Positions 48,738-57,420 of a stretch of 63,431 nucleotides of DNA are shown one piece after another. The notes beneath the pieces are model-generated. The model did no database searches and had not been told where the DNA came from. It was given only the letters and a program-made list of their open reading frames with translations. Positions within the stretch are counted from its first letter, which is position 1. The number at the start of each line of letters is the position of its first letter. Position numbers and translations under genes: made by a program. This DNA is from an uncultured Verrucomicrobia subdivision 3 bacterium (GTDB lineage: Bacteria; Verrucomicrobiota; Verrucomicrobiia; Limisphaerales; UBA11358), in assembly GCA_903911825.1 (NCBI GenBank), contig CAIWFB010000050.1:1-63431 (forward strand). The letters run 5' to 3'.

Positions 48738-49354
48738 GCTTTTTCTGCGCCCGGAATTTCTTTGCGCGACTGCACGACCAAGTCCACGAGGCCGTATTTC
48801 TTGGCTTCTTCCGCGCTCATGAAATTATCGCGGTCGCAATCCTTCTCGACCTGTTCAATCGTCTGGCCCGTGTGCTTGGAGAGAATGCCGTTCAACGTAT
48901 TCTTTAACTTGAGCATGTGTTTCACACGAATTTCCACATCACTCGCCTGACCTTCCGCACCGCCGAGCACTTGATGAATCATGATGTTCGAGTGCGGCAG
49001 CGCAAAACGTTTTCCCTTCGTGCCCGCGCATAACAGCACCGCGCCCATGCTCGCCGCCTGACCGATGCAGTATGTGTTAATGTCGCAGGTCATGTATTGC
49101 ATCGTGTCGTAAATCGCGAGCCCCGCCGACACGCTGCCACCAGGCGAATTGATGTAGAAATGCACGTCCTTCTTCGGGTCGGTCATCTGCAAAAACAGGA
49201 GCTGCGCGACAATAACGTTGGCGATACCGTCGTCTACTGGCGTGCCGAGAAAAATAATGCGGTCAACCAACAGCCGCGAAAAAATGTCGAACTGGCGCTC
49301 GCCGCGCGCCGTCTGCTCGATGACGGTGGGATACGGAATAATCGAATTTTGCAT
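48734..49354 (-). CDS. clpP: ATP-dependent Clp protease proteolytic subunit
   Basis: [34 protein letters not shown]. Confidence 0.97.
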   Translation of the reverse strand: MQNSIIPYPTVIEQTARGERQFDIFSRLLVDRIIFLGTPVDDGIANVIVAQLLFLQMTDPKKDVHFYINSPGGSVSAGLAIYDTMQYMTCDINTYCIGQAASMGAVLLCAGTKGKRFALPHSNIMIHQVLGGAEGQASDVEIRVKHMLKLKNTLNGILSKHTGQTIEQVEKDCDRDNFMSAEEAKKYGLVDLVVQSRKEIPGAEKA

Positions 49355-49398
49355 GGCAAAATAACTACTTCATTTTTGCGCCAAGTAAAGGCGGGAAG

Positions 49399-49498
49399 TT
49401 TTAACCACGGAGGGGCACATATGCACACAGATAAAAAGGGAAGCTCCCGTGCTCACAGATTCTGCATCCGTGTTTATCTGTGTCCATCTGTGGTTAAA
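49399..49498. repeat. ~100-bp inverted element with 10-bp-periodic (acacagat) arms, copy 1
   Basis: ttttaaccacggaggggcacatatgcacacagata ... atccgtgtttatctgtgtccatctgtggttaaa. Confidence 0.85.
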
Positions 49499-49986
49499 TA
49501 AATTCCCCACAGCAACACAAAGCAACTCGCGAAATCTTCCGGCTTTTCCTGAACCCATTTGGTCACCGCTTCCGGCGAGAACCACCCGCCCGTTTCGATT
49601 TCCTCGGGATGCAAGACGAAAGGGCCTTCGCTGGACGCACGATAGATCCAGCAAAATTCCCAGCCCGTATCCGCGCAAGCCTCAATTTTGAAGAGCCGCT
49701 GCGGCGTTTGCGTCAGGTGCAGGCTGATCTCCTCGCGCACTTCGCGCACCGCGCAGGCATCATAAGCCTCGCCCGTGTCCAAGTGGCCGCTCGACGACGA
49801 ATCCCATTTGCCAGCCGCGACATCCTTCTTCATGGAGCGCTTCTGGAGAAATACCTCGCCGCGCGCGTTGAACACCAGCACATGAATCGCGCGATGCCAC
49901 AACCCGCGTGCATGGACTTCCTTGCGCGGCGCTTGACCGATTACTTCATCGCGTTCATTGACGACATCGAAGATTTCTTCGCTCAT
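49474..49986 (-). CDS. NUDIX hydrolase (IDI type 1-like)
   Basis: HARGLWHRA, LQKRS..KD...G.WD, GHLDTGE....AVREVREE. Confidence 0.9.
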   Translation of the reverse strand: MSEEIFDVVNERDEVIGQAPRKEVHARGLWHRAIHVLVFNARGEVFLQKRSMKKDVAAGKWDSSSSGHLDTGEAYDACAVREVREEISLHLTQTPQRLFKIEACADTGWEFCWIYRASSEGPFVLHPEEIETGGWFSPEAVTKWVQEKPEDFASCFVLLWGIYLTTDGHR

Positions 49987-49987
49987 A

Positions 49988-50887
49988 TTATTTCTCGCCC
50001 AGAACTTTCGTCAAAGCCACGAACTGTTCCAGACTCAATTTTTCCGCACGTTCCATTGGCGAGATATTTAGTTCTGCAAACGCCGCCGCCAGCTTGTCGG
50101 CGGCCCAATCTTGTTTGAGCAATTTCATCATCATCTTGCGGCGTTGCGAGAAGCCGCGCTTGACGATTTTTTTGAAGGCGGGCCTGAGCGTTTCTGGCAG
50201 CAGCGGCGTCGCGCGGCGCACGAGGCACACGCACGCGGAGTCCACGTCGGGCGAGGGGAAAAAACATTCCGGCGGAATCTTGAACCATTCGCGCGGCTTG
50301 AAATCAATTTGCACGAGCAGCGTGAGCAAGCCGTAATCATCGTCATCCGCCTTGGCCATCAAGCGTTTGGCGACTTCGAGTTGCAGTGTGGCGACAATCA
50401 TCTTCGGCGCGCGCACGCCAGTGGCAAGTTCCACCAGCAGCGGCGAGGCGACGGAGTAGGGCAGGTTGGCGACGAGTTTCCAATCGCTCCAATCGCGCTG
50501 TTCGCGTTTGAGAAAAGAGAGTGCGTCATCGTGGAGCAAATGAAACGCGCCGCGCTCGTTGGCGGCGGGAGCTTTGGTCAGTTGGCCAGCCAACGCGGGG
50601 GTAAGTAATTCGGCGGACTGTTCCTGCGCGCCGAAACGTTGCGCCAGAAATTCCACGAGGCGGCCATCAAGTTCGACAGCGAGCACTTCATCGGCTTTGT
50701 CCAAAAGCAATTCGGTGAGCGGCCCCAGTCCGGGTCCGACTTCGAGCACTTTGTCGGTGGGCGCGAGCTGTGCAGCGTCGACGATGCGCCGGAGTTGGTT
50801 GCCATCGTGCAGAAAATTCTGGCCGAGCGATTTGGTGAGCTGGATGTCGCGCTTGGCCAGCAGTTCGCGCATTTGGGTGAGATTCAT
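49988..50887 (-). CDS. rsmA: 16S rRNA m6,6A1518/1519 dimethyltransferase
   Basis: SLGQNFL, LEVGPGLG.LT, VANLPYS, Q.EVA.R, F.P.P.VDS, FSQRRK. ATG at 50887. Confidence 0.96.
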   Translation of the reverse strand: MNLTQMRELLAKRDIQLTKSLGQNFLHDGNQLRRIVDAAQLAPTDKVLEVGPGLGPLTELLLDKADEVLAVELDGRLVEFLAQRFGAQEQSAELLTPALAGQLTKAPAANERGAFHLLHDDALSFLKREQRDWSDWKLVANLPYSVASPLLVELATGVRAPKMIVATLQLEVAKRLMAKADDDDYGLLTLLVQIDFKPREWFKIPPECFFPSPDVDSACVCLVRRATPLLPETLRPAFKKIVKRGFSQRRKMMMKLLKQDWAADKLAAAFAELNISPMERAEKLSLEQFVALTKVLGEK

Positions 50888-50896
50888 GGGGGGAAA

Positions 50897-50994
50897 TTTA
50901 GCCACAGATGGACACAGATAAACACAGATGGGAAAACTGGTGGTCTTTATTGTGGAATTTCACTGTGTGCATCTGGGTTAATCTGTGGTTAAAA
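50897..50994. repeat. ~100-bp inverted element with 10-bp-periodic arms, copy 2
   Basis: tttagccacagatggacacagataaacacagatg ... cactgtgtgcatctgggttaatctgtggttaaaa. Confidence 0.85.
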
Positions 50995-52267
50995 CTTTTT
51001 TCAACGCGGTGACCGCGTGGGTTAGTTGGGCTTTGGTGATGGTCAGCGGCGGCGTGAAGCTGATGATGTTGCCGTGTTCGCCTTCGGGTAAAAAAATGTA
51101 GCCGAGGTGGAGCAATTGTTTGATGGCTTTAAGGGCAACTTCGGTGGCGGGCTGGCCGTTGGGCAAGGTGAGTTCTACGCCGACCATCAGGCCGCAGCCG
51201 CGATTGGAGTTTTTATTTTTTAATTTTGAATTGTTGATTGAGCCAAGCTCGTTCAGTAAAAATTTTCCAAGCGTCGCACTCCGTTCGCACAGTTTGAGGC
51301 GGCGAATTTCCGCGATTTGCGCCAGCGCCATCGCGCAGCCGACGGGATGGCCGAGAAAGGTGCTGGTGTGGATGGCTTCGCCGTTCGAGATGGGCCATGC
51401 GGCATCCATCAAATCGGCTCGACCCACGCAGGCGGACAACGGTAAGCCGCCGGTGAGCGCTTTGCCGAGACAAATTAAATCCGGTGTCACCCCGCTGTGT
51501 TCGCAGGCGAACCATTTGCCAGTGCGCCCGAAGCCGGTGTAAATCTCATCGAGAATCAATAACGCGCCGTGTTCATCGCAAAGCTGGCGGAGCAGGGGGA
51601 GAAATTCTAGGGGCGGAATATTGGTGCCGCCGCGCGCTTGAATGGGTTCGAGGAGAATCGCGCCAATTTTTTCGCGGCGGAAAAGTTGGCGGATGGCTTT
51701 TTCGGTCTGGGCAAGCTCTTCAGTTTGCGTGGGATATTTTACAAAGTTACCGAACTCGCGCAGTTGGGATTTGAACGGGCGGCGAAAATGTTCACGATGT
51801 GTGGCGTTTAACGCACCGTAGCCTAGGCCGTGATACGCGCCCTCGAAAGCGATGACGCCGCGCTTGCCGGTTGCGAGCATGGCGGTCTTGAGCGCGGATT
51901 CGACGGCTTCAAAGCCGGAGTTGGAGAAGATAACTTTGCCAGTTTTTTTGCCCCAACGTCCGAAGGTGAGGCGGCTCAATTCGCAGGCAAGCTGCGCTTT
52001 GAGTGCGTGCGGATGCACATCGCCCATCGCGTGCAGTAGTTTTGCCATCTGCTTTTGGCCGGCGCGAACGACGTTTGGGTTCGCATGGCCAGCGGCGGCG
52101 ACGCCGAAGGCGGCGGTGAGATCTAAATATTTTTTGCCTTCCGCATCCCAGACGTGAACGCCTTGGGCGCGTTCCCAAACAATCGGCCACGAGCCATCGG
52201 GATCGAGGAACGTGATGTTCCGCGACTCGAAGATGCGCAGCTGGGTAATGATTTTCTGGGTTTTCAT
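50978..52267 (-). CDS. Class III PLP-dependent aminotransferase
   Basis: GKKYLD, NSGFEAVESALK, FEGAYHG, EPIQARGG, DEIYTGFGRTG, LGKALTGG. Confidence 0.93.
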   Translation of the reverse strand: MKTQKIITQLRIFESRNITFLDPDGSWPIVWERAQGVHVWDAEGKKYLDLTAAFGVAAAGHANPNVVRAGQKQMAKLLHAMGDVHPHALKAQLACELSRLTFGRWGKKTGKVIFSNSGFEAVESALKTAMLATGKRGVIAFEGAYHGLGYGALNATHREHFRRPFKSQLREFGNFVKYPTQTEELAQTEKAIRQLFRREKIGAILLEPIQARGGTNIPPLEFLPLLRQLCDEHGALLILDEIYTGFGRTGKWFACEHSGVTPDLICLGKALTGGLPLSACVGRADLMDAAWPISNGEAIHTSTFLGHPVGCAMALAQIAEIRRLKLCERSATLGKFLLNELGSINNSKLKNKNSNRGCGLMVGVELTLPNGQPATEVALKAIKQLLHLGYIFLPEGEHGNIISFTPPLTITKAQLTHAVTALKKVLTTD

Positions 52268-52268
52268 T

Positions 52269-52365
52269 TTTAGCCACGGATGGACAAAGATTCACACAGA
52301 TGGGGAAAATTTCCATCCGTTGCGAACCTGAATCTTTGATGATCTGTGTGCATCTATGGTTTCAA
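52269..52365. repeat. ~100-bp inverted element with 10-bp-periodic arms, copy 3
   Basis: tttagccacggatggacaaagattcacacagatg ... atctttgatgatctgtgtgcatctatggtttcaa. Confidence 0.85.
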
Positions 52366-53105
52366 ACTCCGCGTTGTTCCGGCGGCCAGATGACTTTGTG
52401 TTGCTGGATCTGAAAGCGCACGGGCAAAGCATCGGCGATAATTTTTTCCACCAGTTCAACGCGTGAAATGGGCGTGAGTCCGGCGGGAACTTTTTTGAGC
52501 ACTTTATTCTGCTGCTCCGGAGTGAGCGGATGCACCCACGAAAACAGGAGCGGGCAGATGGCGTCGAGCTTGTGCGTGGCAATCTGCTGCTTGGCCCAGT
52601 CGTAATCTTCCTGCGTGCCGATGACGAATTTGATTTCGTCCGTGGCTTTCAGGTGTGGGAGATTTTCAAAACGGTTGCGGGCGACTTCACCGCTGGTGGG
52701 GCATTTCAGATCCACGATGCGATGCACACGCGGATCAATCTTAGAAACGTCGTGCGCGCCGCTGGTTTCGATGAGCACGGTGAAGCCCGCATCGCACAGC
52801 TGCTGCATGAGCGGTAGCGAATTTTTCTGGAGCAACGGTTCGCCGCCGGTGAGTTCGACGAGGGGCAATTTGAGATTTGAGATTTGAGATTTGAAATCCC
52901 CGAACGATGCGGCTTGTCGTTTCACTTCCGCGAGAATGTCCGTGAGCGTCTGTTTTTTGCCTTCCGTAAAAGCGTAGGCGGTGTCGCAGAAAGAACAGCG
53001 GAGGTCGCAGCCCGTGAGACGGATAAAAATACACGGGAGCCCAGCAAAAGTGCTTTCCCCTTGCAGGCTGAGATAGATTTCGTTGACGAGGAGCGTTTCG
53101 GACAT
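52362..53105 (-). CDS. queE: 7-carboxy-7-deazaguanine synthase (radical SAM)
   Basis: EIYLSLQGE, FIRLTGCDLRCSFCDT, TGGEPLLQ, IETSG, DEIKFVI, QQHK.IW. Confidence 0.92.
   Translation of the reverse strand: MSETLLVNEIYLSLQGESTFAGLPCIFIRLTGCDLRCSFCDTAYAFTEGKKQTLTDILAEVKRQAASFGDFKSQISNLKLPLVELTGGEPLLQKNSLPLMQQLCDAGFTVLIETSGAHDVSKIDPRVHRIVDLKCPTSGEVARNRFENLPHLKATDEIKFVIGTQEDYDWAKQQIATHKLDAICPLLFSWVHPLTPEQQNKVLKKVPAGLTPISRVELVEKIIADALPVRFQIQQHKVIWPPEQRGV
52866..52897 (-). repeat. 7-bp tandem array (caaatct) within queE
   Basis: Plus strand caatttg agatttg agatttg agatttg aaat, encoding FKSQISNLKL. Confidence 0.8.
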
Positions 53106-53355
53106 CGGGCATAAAAATATCGCAAGGGGCAAAATTAAACAGGATTTTTCGACGAAGAAGCGGATTTGAATTCAGGACATTTCTGTCTATAAAATTGGCG
53201 GCAGCCTTTTCCTTTTTCTGAAATCGGGGAGCAAAAAGTTCCCTAATTTACGGATTTTTTTTCCGAAAGCGGCAAGGTTTTCCTGAGCCAAAAATTGTTT
53301 CAAATAATTCGCTGCGCGGGCTTCAGTCTTCGGTTTTTCTTCCGAAAAACAGTCG

Positions 53356-54909
53356 GTGAAATGCGTCGTTTTAGCGCGAATATGGCTGGTTGTTTTGGTG
53401 GGCTTTTGGCCGACTTCAGGAACTCTGCGGGCGGGTGATCTTGAGGTGATTGGCGGGGCGTTGATCCAATCCTTGGTGACCAACCTTGATGGCGCGGGTG
53501 TGGCGGTGCTGCAGCCGGAAGCGGGGGAGTCGGCAGCGACCAATTGGCAGGTGAATCCCACTGTGCTCGGTCAGCAAAACGAAGTCTTCACGTATTCGGC
53601 CAGTGGTGGTTCCACGAATCAATTTCCCAATACGCTGGGCGGAAGTTCTAGTCACGCGGGCGCGGTGGCAAAAAATTTTCACGCGCTGGCACCGGGTAGT
53701 CTTCGTTTGGATAATTGCGAGGCGAGTTATTTTTACAGTTCAATTGTTTCGCAGTTGGCGACTAATTTTAACAACCCGCTGGCCAATCAGAGCTTCACTT
53801 TTGGAAATGTTTCGGCGAGTGCGCAGCAGACGATTGATTGGAATTATGATAACTACGCTTCGCAATATAATACGCTCTTCATTTCGGCAGCGAACAATGG
53901 TGGCACCGTCAGTCCGCCCGCCACTAGCTACAATGGTTTGGCGGTGGGTGCTTACAACGGGAGCTCCAGCGTGGGGCCAACGATTGATAATGGACGGGCC
54001 AAACCAGATTTGACGGCTCCCGGCAGTTCGACGAGCTATTCCACCCCACTCGTCACGGGGGCGGCGGCGTTGTTGCGGCAAGCCGCCGTGCGCGGCGATG
54101 GTGGTGACACGAATGCGGCGGCGGATCTGCGCGTGACCAAGGCGTTGCTCCTAAACGGCGCTATCAAGCCGGCGGGTTGGACGAACCAATTTCCATCGCC
54201 TTTGGATAAACGCTACGGTGCGGGCGTGGTGAACGTCTTCAATTCCTATCGCCAATTGACCGCCGGGAAAAAAAATCCGAGTGCGATGTTTTTTACGGCC
54301 ACGAATAGTGCGCATGGCGTGGCGGGAAGCGCGAATCCCATCAATGCCTTGAGCGGTTGGGATTACAATACCAACTCAAGCGTCGCGGGGAGCAACGGCG
54401 TGAGCCATTATTTCTTCAATGTTACTAATGGGATTGCCGAAGCCACCTTCACGGCTACGGCGACGTTGGTGTGGAACCGCCATTTGCGTAAAACGGGTAT
54501 CAACAATCTGGATCTATATCTGTATGAGGCCGATTCCGGCGCGTGTGTGGCGGTCAGCGCGAGTTTGGTGGACAACGTAGAACATCTCTATCTGCCCCGG
54601 CTGATGCCTGGGCGTTACGATCTGCAAGTTGTAAAAAATGGGGGCACTATGATCAGCGCCACTGAGCCGTATGCGTTGGCGTTTGAATTTTTCTCAATGC
54701 CGCTCAAGGTCGCGCCCTCAGCCAATGGTCTAGTGCTGACATGGCCGGTTTATCCGACAGGCTTTACGTTGCAGATGGCGACCAATCTGGTGCCGCCTTT
54801 GGTTTGGACGCCGCTGACAAATGTAACCGTGCTAGTCACCAATAATGAAAATTGCGCGGTAGTTTCGCCAACTGAGGGCACTCAAATTTTCCGATTGAGT
54901 CGCCAGTGA
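53356..54909 (+). CDS. Secreted S8 subtilase-like protein, atypical triad, with C-terminal sorting-like domain
   Basis: VAVLQPEAG, SHAGAVA, SAANNG, GRAKPDLTAP, TSYSTPLVTG, KALLLNGA, YGAGVVN. Confidence 0.82.
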   Translation: MKCVVLARIWLVVLVGFWPTSGTLRAGDLEVIGGALIQSLVTNLDGAGVAVLQPEAGESAATNWQVNPTVLGQQNEVFTYSASGGSTNQFPNTLGGSSSHAGAVAKNFHALAPGSLRLDNCEASYFYSSIVSQLATNFNNPLANQSFTFGNVSASAQQTIDWNYDNYASQYNTLFISAANNGGTVSPPATSYNGLAVGAYNGSSSVGPTIDNGRAKPDLTAPGSSTSYSTPLVTGAAALLRQAAVRGDGGDTNAAADLRVTKALLLNGAIKPAGWTNQFPSPLDKRYGAGVVNVFNSYRQLTAGKKNPSAMFFTATNSAHGVAGSANPINALSGWDYNTNSSVAGSNGVSHYFFNVTNGIAEATFTATATLVWNRHLRKTGINNLDLYLYEADSGACVAVSASLVDNVEHLYLPRLMPGRYDLQVVKNGGTMISATEPYALAFEFFSMPLKVAPSANGLVLTWPVYPTGFTLQMATNLVPPLVWTPLTNVTVLVTNNENCAVVSPTEGTQIFRLSRQ

Positions 54910-54934
54910 GCTGGAATTTTAGCGGGGATGGCTT

Positions 54935-56590
54935 ATGCTTCGGCCAGTTCCGATGATAAAACATTTTTGGCATTGCCTGGTGCTGGTGACGTTCTGGAAC
55001 AGCTTAACCGCGCACGGCGGGGCGACGTTGGATGTGATCGGCGTCAGCGCCTTGCGTGCGATCACGACCAACCTCGACGGACGGGGCATTCGCGTGGCGC
55101 AGCCCGAGGCGTCCGGTCAGAACGACACCAATTTTGAGGTGAACCCAAATTTCATTGGGCAGCCGCAAAGTCTCTTTACCTATATTTCGGCAGCCGGCAC
55201 GGATACGAATTTCCCCAACCTCGTCGGCGGCTATTCGGGGCACGCGAAAGATGTGGGTAACACTTTTTACAGTCCCATTTTTTTTGGGGTAGCGACGAAT
55301 CTCGCGCACGTGGATAATTTCGACGCTAATTATTTTTATACGAACTACATTGGCTTACCGAGTCTCACCGCCATTGGCGATGCGATTGTGAATCAAAGTT
55401 TCACGTTCGGAAATGTCGTGACCAACTTGCCCACCCCGGCCAATCAGATTTCCGTGGCCGATCAGCAACAAGTGGATTCGGAATACGACAACTACGCGGA
55501 GCAAAACCACACCCTGTTCATTTCCGCTGTCAACAATGGCGGTTCAGTCAGTCCGCCGGGAACAGCTTACAATTCCATCGGCGTGGCCGCCTTTGCCCTG
55601 CCGCCGTATGGGGGCAGTTCTAGTATCGGGCCGACGGTGGACAATGGTCGTTGCAAGCCCGATATCACTGCGCCGGCGGATTATACCAGTTTTTCCACGC
55701 CGCAAATCGCGGGGACGGCGGCGCTGCTATTGCAAGCCGGGTTACGTGGCGATGGCGGCAGTGACACGAATGCCGCCGCCGACATTCGCGTGCTGAAAGC
55801 GTTGCTATTAAATGGTGCCGTGAAGCCGTTGAACTGGACGAATGGTGCGGCCACCCCGCTGGATGCGCGCTACGGTGCTGGCGTGGTGAATGTGCTAAAT
55901 ACTTACCAGCAACTTGCCGGTGGCAAGCATGGCTACACGGTTTCCGTGTCCGTTTCCACGGGCGCCGCGCATCCGCCGACGGGCGCGACTGGCACCGTGA
56001 GCGTCTTGAGTGGTTGGGATTTTAATACTAATTCCAGCAGCGTGCCGAATGACGGGGTGAACCACTATTATTTCAACGTCACGAACAGCGTGGCCGGACA
56101 AAAATTTCTCGCCACGGCCACGTTGACTTGGAATCGGCATTACAACGCGACCTATTTGATTAGCCCTGCTAGTATCAATGATCTCAACCTATTTCTCTAC
56201 AACTGTGCCAACAGTAATCTCGTGATGTGCAGCACCAGCCTCGTGGACAATGTCGAACATCTTTACGTCACTAATCTGGCGCAGGGCCGCTACGATTTGC
56301 AGGTTTTGAAACGCGGCGGCCTCGGCACGGTGAGCAACAGCGAAGCGTATGCGCTGGCGTTTGAATTTGTCGCCCCACCGTTGTTGACGGTCAGCGCGGG
56401 CACCAATTCTGGCTTGGGGTGGCCAATTTATCCGGCGGGATTTTTAGTAGAGGCGCGCACGAATCTGCTCGCCGGTGCTTGGCAAACCAATGGCGTGCCG
56501 GAGGTAATTTTTACGAATGGTCAGAGCAACATCCGGTTGAGCACGACGAATGCGCAGCAGTTTTTCCGGTTGCGGCGGCCGCATTTTTGA
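54935..56590 (+). CDS. Secreted S8 subtilase-like protein, paralogue of the preceding gene
   Basis: IRVAQPEAS, GHAKDVG, SAVNNG, GRCKPDITAP, TSFSTPQIAG, KALLLNGA. Confidence 0.85.
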   Translation: MLRPVPMIKHFWHCLVLVTFWNSLTAHGGATLDVIGVSALRAITTNLDGRGIRVAQPEASGQNDTNFEVNPNFIGQPQSLFTYISAAGTDTNFPNLVGGYSGHAKDVGNTFYSPIFFGVATNLAHVDNFDANYFYTNYIGLPSLTAIGDAIVNQSFTFGNVVTNLPTPANQISVADQQQVDSEYDNYAEQNHTLFISAVNNGGSVSPPGTAYNSIGVAAFALPPYGGSSSIGPTVDNGRCKPDITAPADYTSFSTPQIAGTAALLLQAGLRGDGGSDTNAAADIRVLKALLLNGAVKPLNWTNGAATPLDARYGAGVVNVLNTYQQLAGGKHGYTVSVSVSTGAAHPPTGATGTVSVLSGWDFNTNSSSVPNDGVNHYYFNVTNSVAGQKFLATATLTWNRHYNATYLISPASINDLNLFLYNCANSNLVMCSTSLVDNVEHLYVTNLAQGRYDLQVLKRGGLGTVSNSEAYALAFEFVAPPLLTVSAGTNSGLGWPIYPAGFLVEARTNLLAGAWQTNGVPEVIFTNGQSNIRLSTTNAQQFFRLRRPHF

Positions 56591-57401
56591 GTTGTCCGGC
56601 CAGCGGATTCAGCGCGAAATGTTTGCCGATGCGATAGCTTTCTGAAATGGCGTCCGTAATAAAATTTTTCCCGATCTCCACCGCGTGCGGCAAGCCATGA
56701 CCCAACGCTAACGCCGCGCAAATCGCCGCCGAATATGTGCAGCCCGTGCCGTGCGTGGAAACGCCTTTCACGAACGGTGCGGCGAGAATGAGTTCGGTTT
56801 CGCCGTCGAAGAAAATATCAATCGCCTCGCGGGAATTTTTTAAGTGGCCACCCTTCACCAACGCCGCGCAGCCGTAGCGTGAGTAAATCTCCCGCGCGGC
56901 GGTGCGCAAATCTTCCGGAGTGGAAATTTTCATGCCTGCGAGAATTTCCGCTTCGTCCAGATTGGGCGTGGTGAGCGTAGCGATGGGGAGCAATTTCTGG
57001 AGCATCACTTTCTCTGCGGCGGGAGCCAGTAAGCGCGCTCCGCTGGTGGAAACCATTACGGGATCGACGATGAGTTTTAAGTTTTTAGTTTTGAATGTTG
57101 AGTTCTGAAAAAAACTGACGACCACGTAAATGTTTTTGGCCGAGAAGAGCATTCCCGTTTTTACTGCGTCAGGCTTTAGTTCTTCATATACAGCTTCAAT
57201 CTGCTGCTGAAGTATTTTGGGCGAGCAGGCTTCCACAGCGAGCACCCGGCGGGGATTTTGCGCGGTCAGGCAGGCGACGGCGCTGGTGCCGTGAACGCCG
57301 AGCGCGGCAAAGGTTTTCAGGTCGGCCTGAATGCCCGCGCCGCCGCCGCTGTCAGAACCGGCAATGGTTAGGGCGATGGGAAATTGTTTTCGTTTGGTCA
57401 T
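56511..57401 (-). CDS. thiD: Hydroxymethylpyrimidine/phosphomethylpyrimidine kinase
   Basis: LTIAGSDSGGGAGIQADLKT, VKTGML, VDPVMVSTSG, TPNLDEA, VKGGH, THGTGCT. ATG at 57401. Confidence 0.96.
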   Translation of the reverse strand: MTKRKQFPIALTIAGSDSGGGAGIQADLKTFAALGVHGTSAVACLTAQNPRRVLAVEACSPKILQQQIEAVYEELKPDAVKTGMLFSAKNIYVVVSFFQNSTFKTKNLKLIVDPVMVSTSGARLLAPAAEKVMLQKLLPIATLTTPNLDEAEILAGMKISTPEDLRTAAREIYSRYGCAALVKGGHLKNSREAIDIFFDGETELILAAPFVKGVSTHGTGCTYSAAICAALALGHGLPHAVEIGKNFITDAISESYRIGKHFALNPLAGQLKNAAAATGKTAAHSSCSTGCCSDHS

Positions 57402-57420
57402 TTTTAAGCGGTCAAAAAAT

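Noticed and set aside
49399-52365. CRISPR array interpretation of the acacagat repeats
   Set aside because: The repeats are inverted pairs dispersed between genes, not regularly spaced direct repeats, and there are no cas genes.
52362-53105. queE as part of a 7-deazaguanine DNA-modification (Dpd) defence island
   Set aside because: No dpdA/tgt, queC or queD nearby; the neighbours are housekeeping genes.
53106-53355. PreQ1 riboswitch upstream of queE
   Set aside because: No preQ1 stem-loop with an A-rich tail is recognisable on the minus strand.
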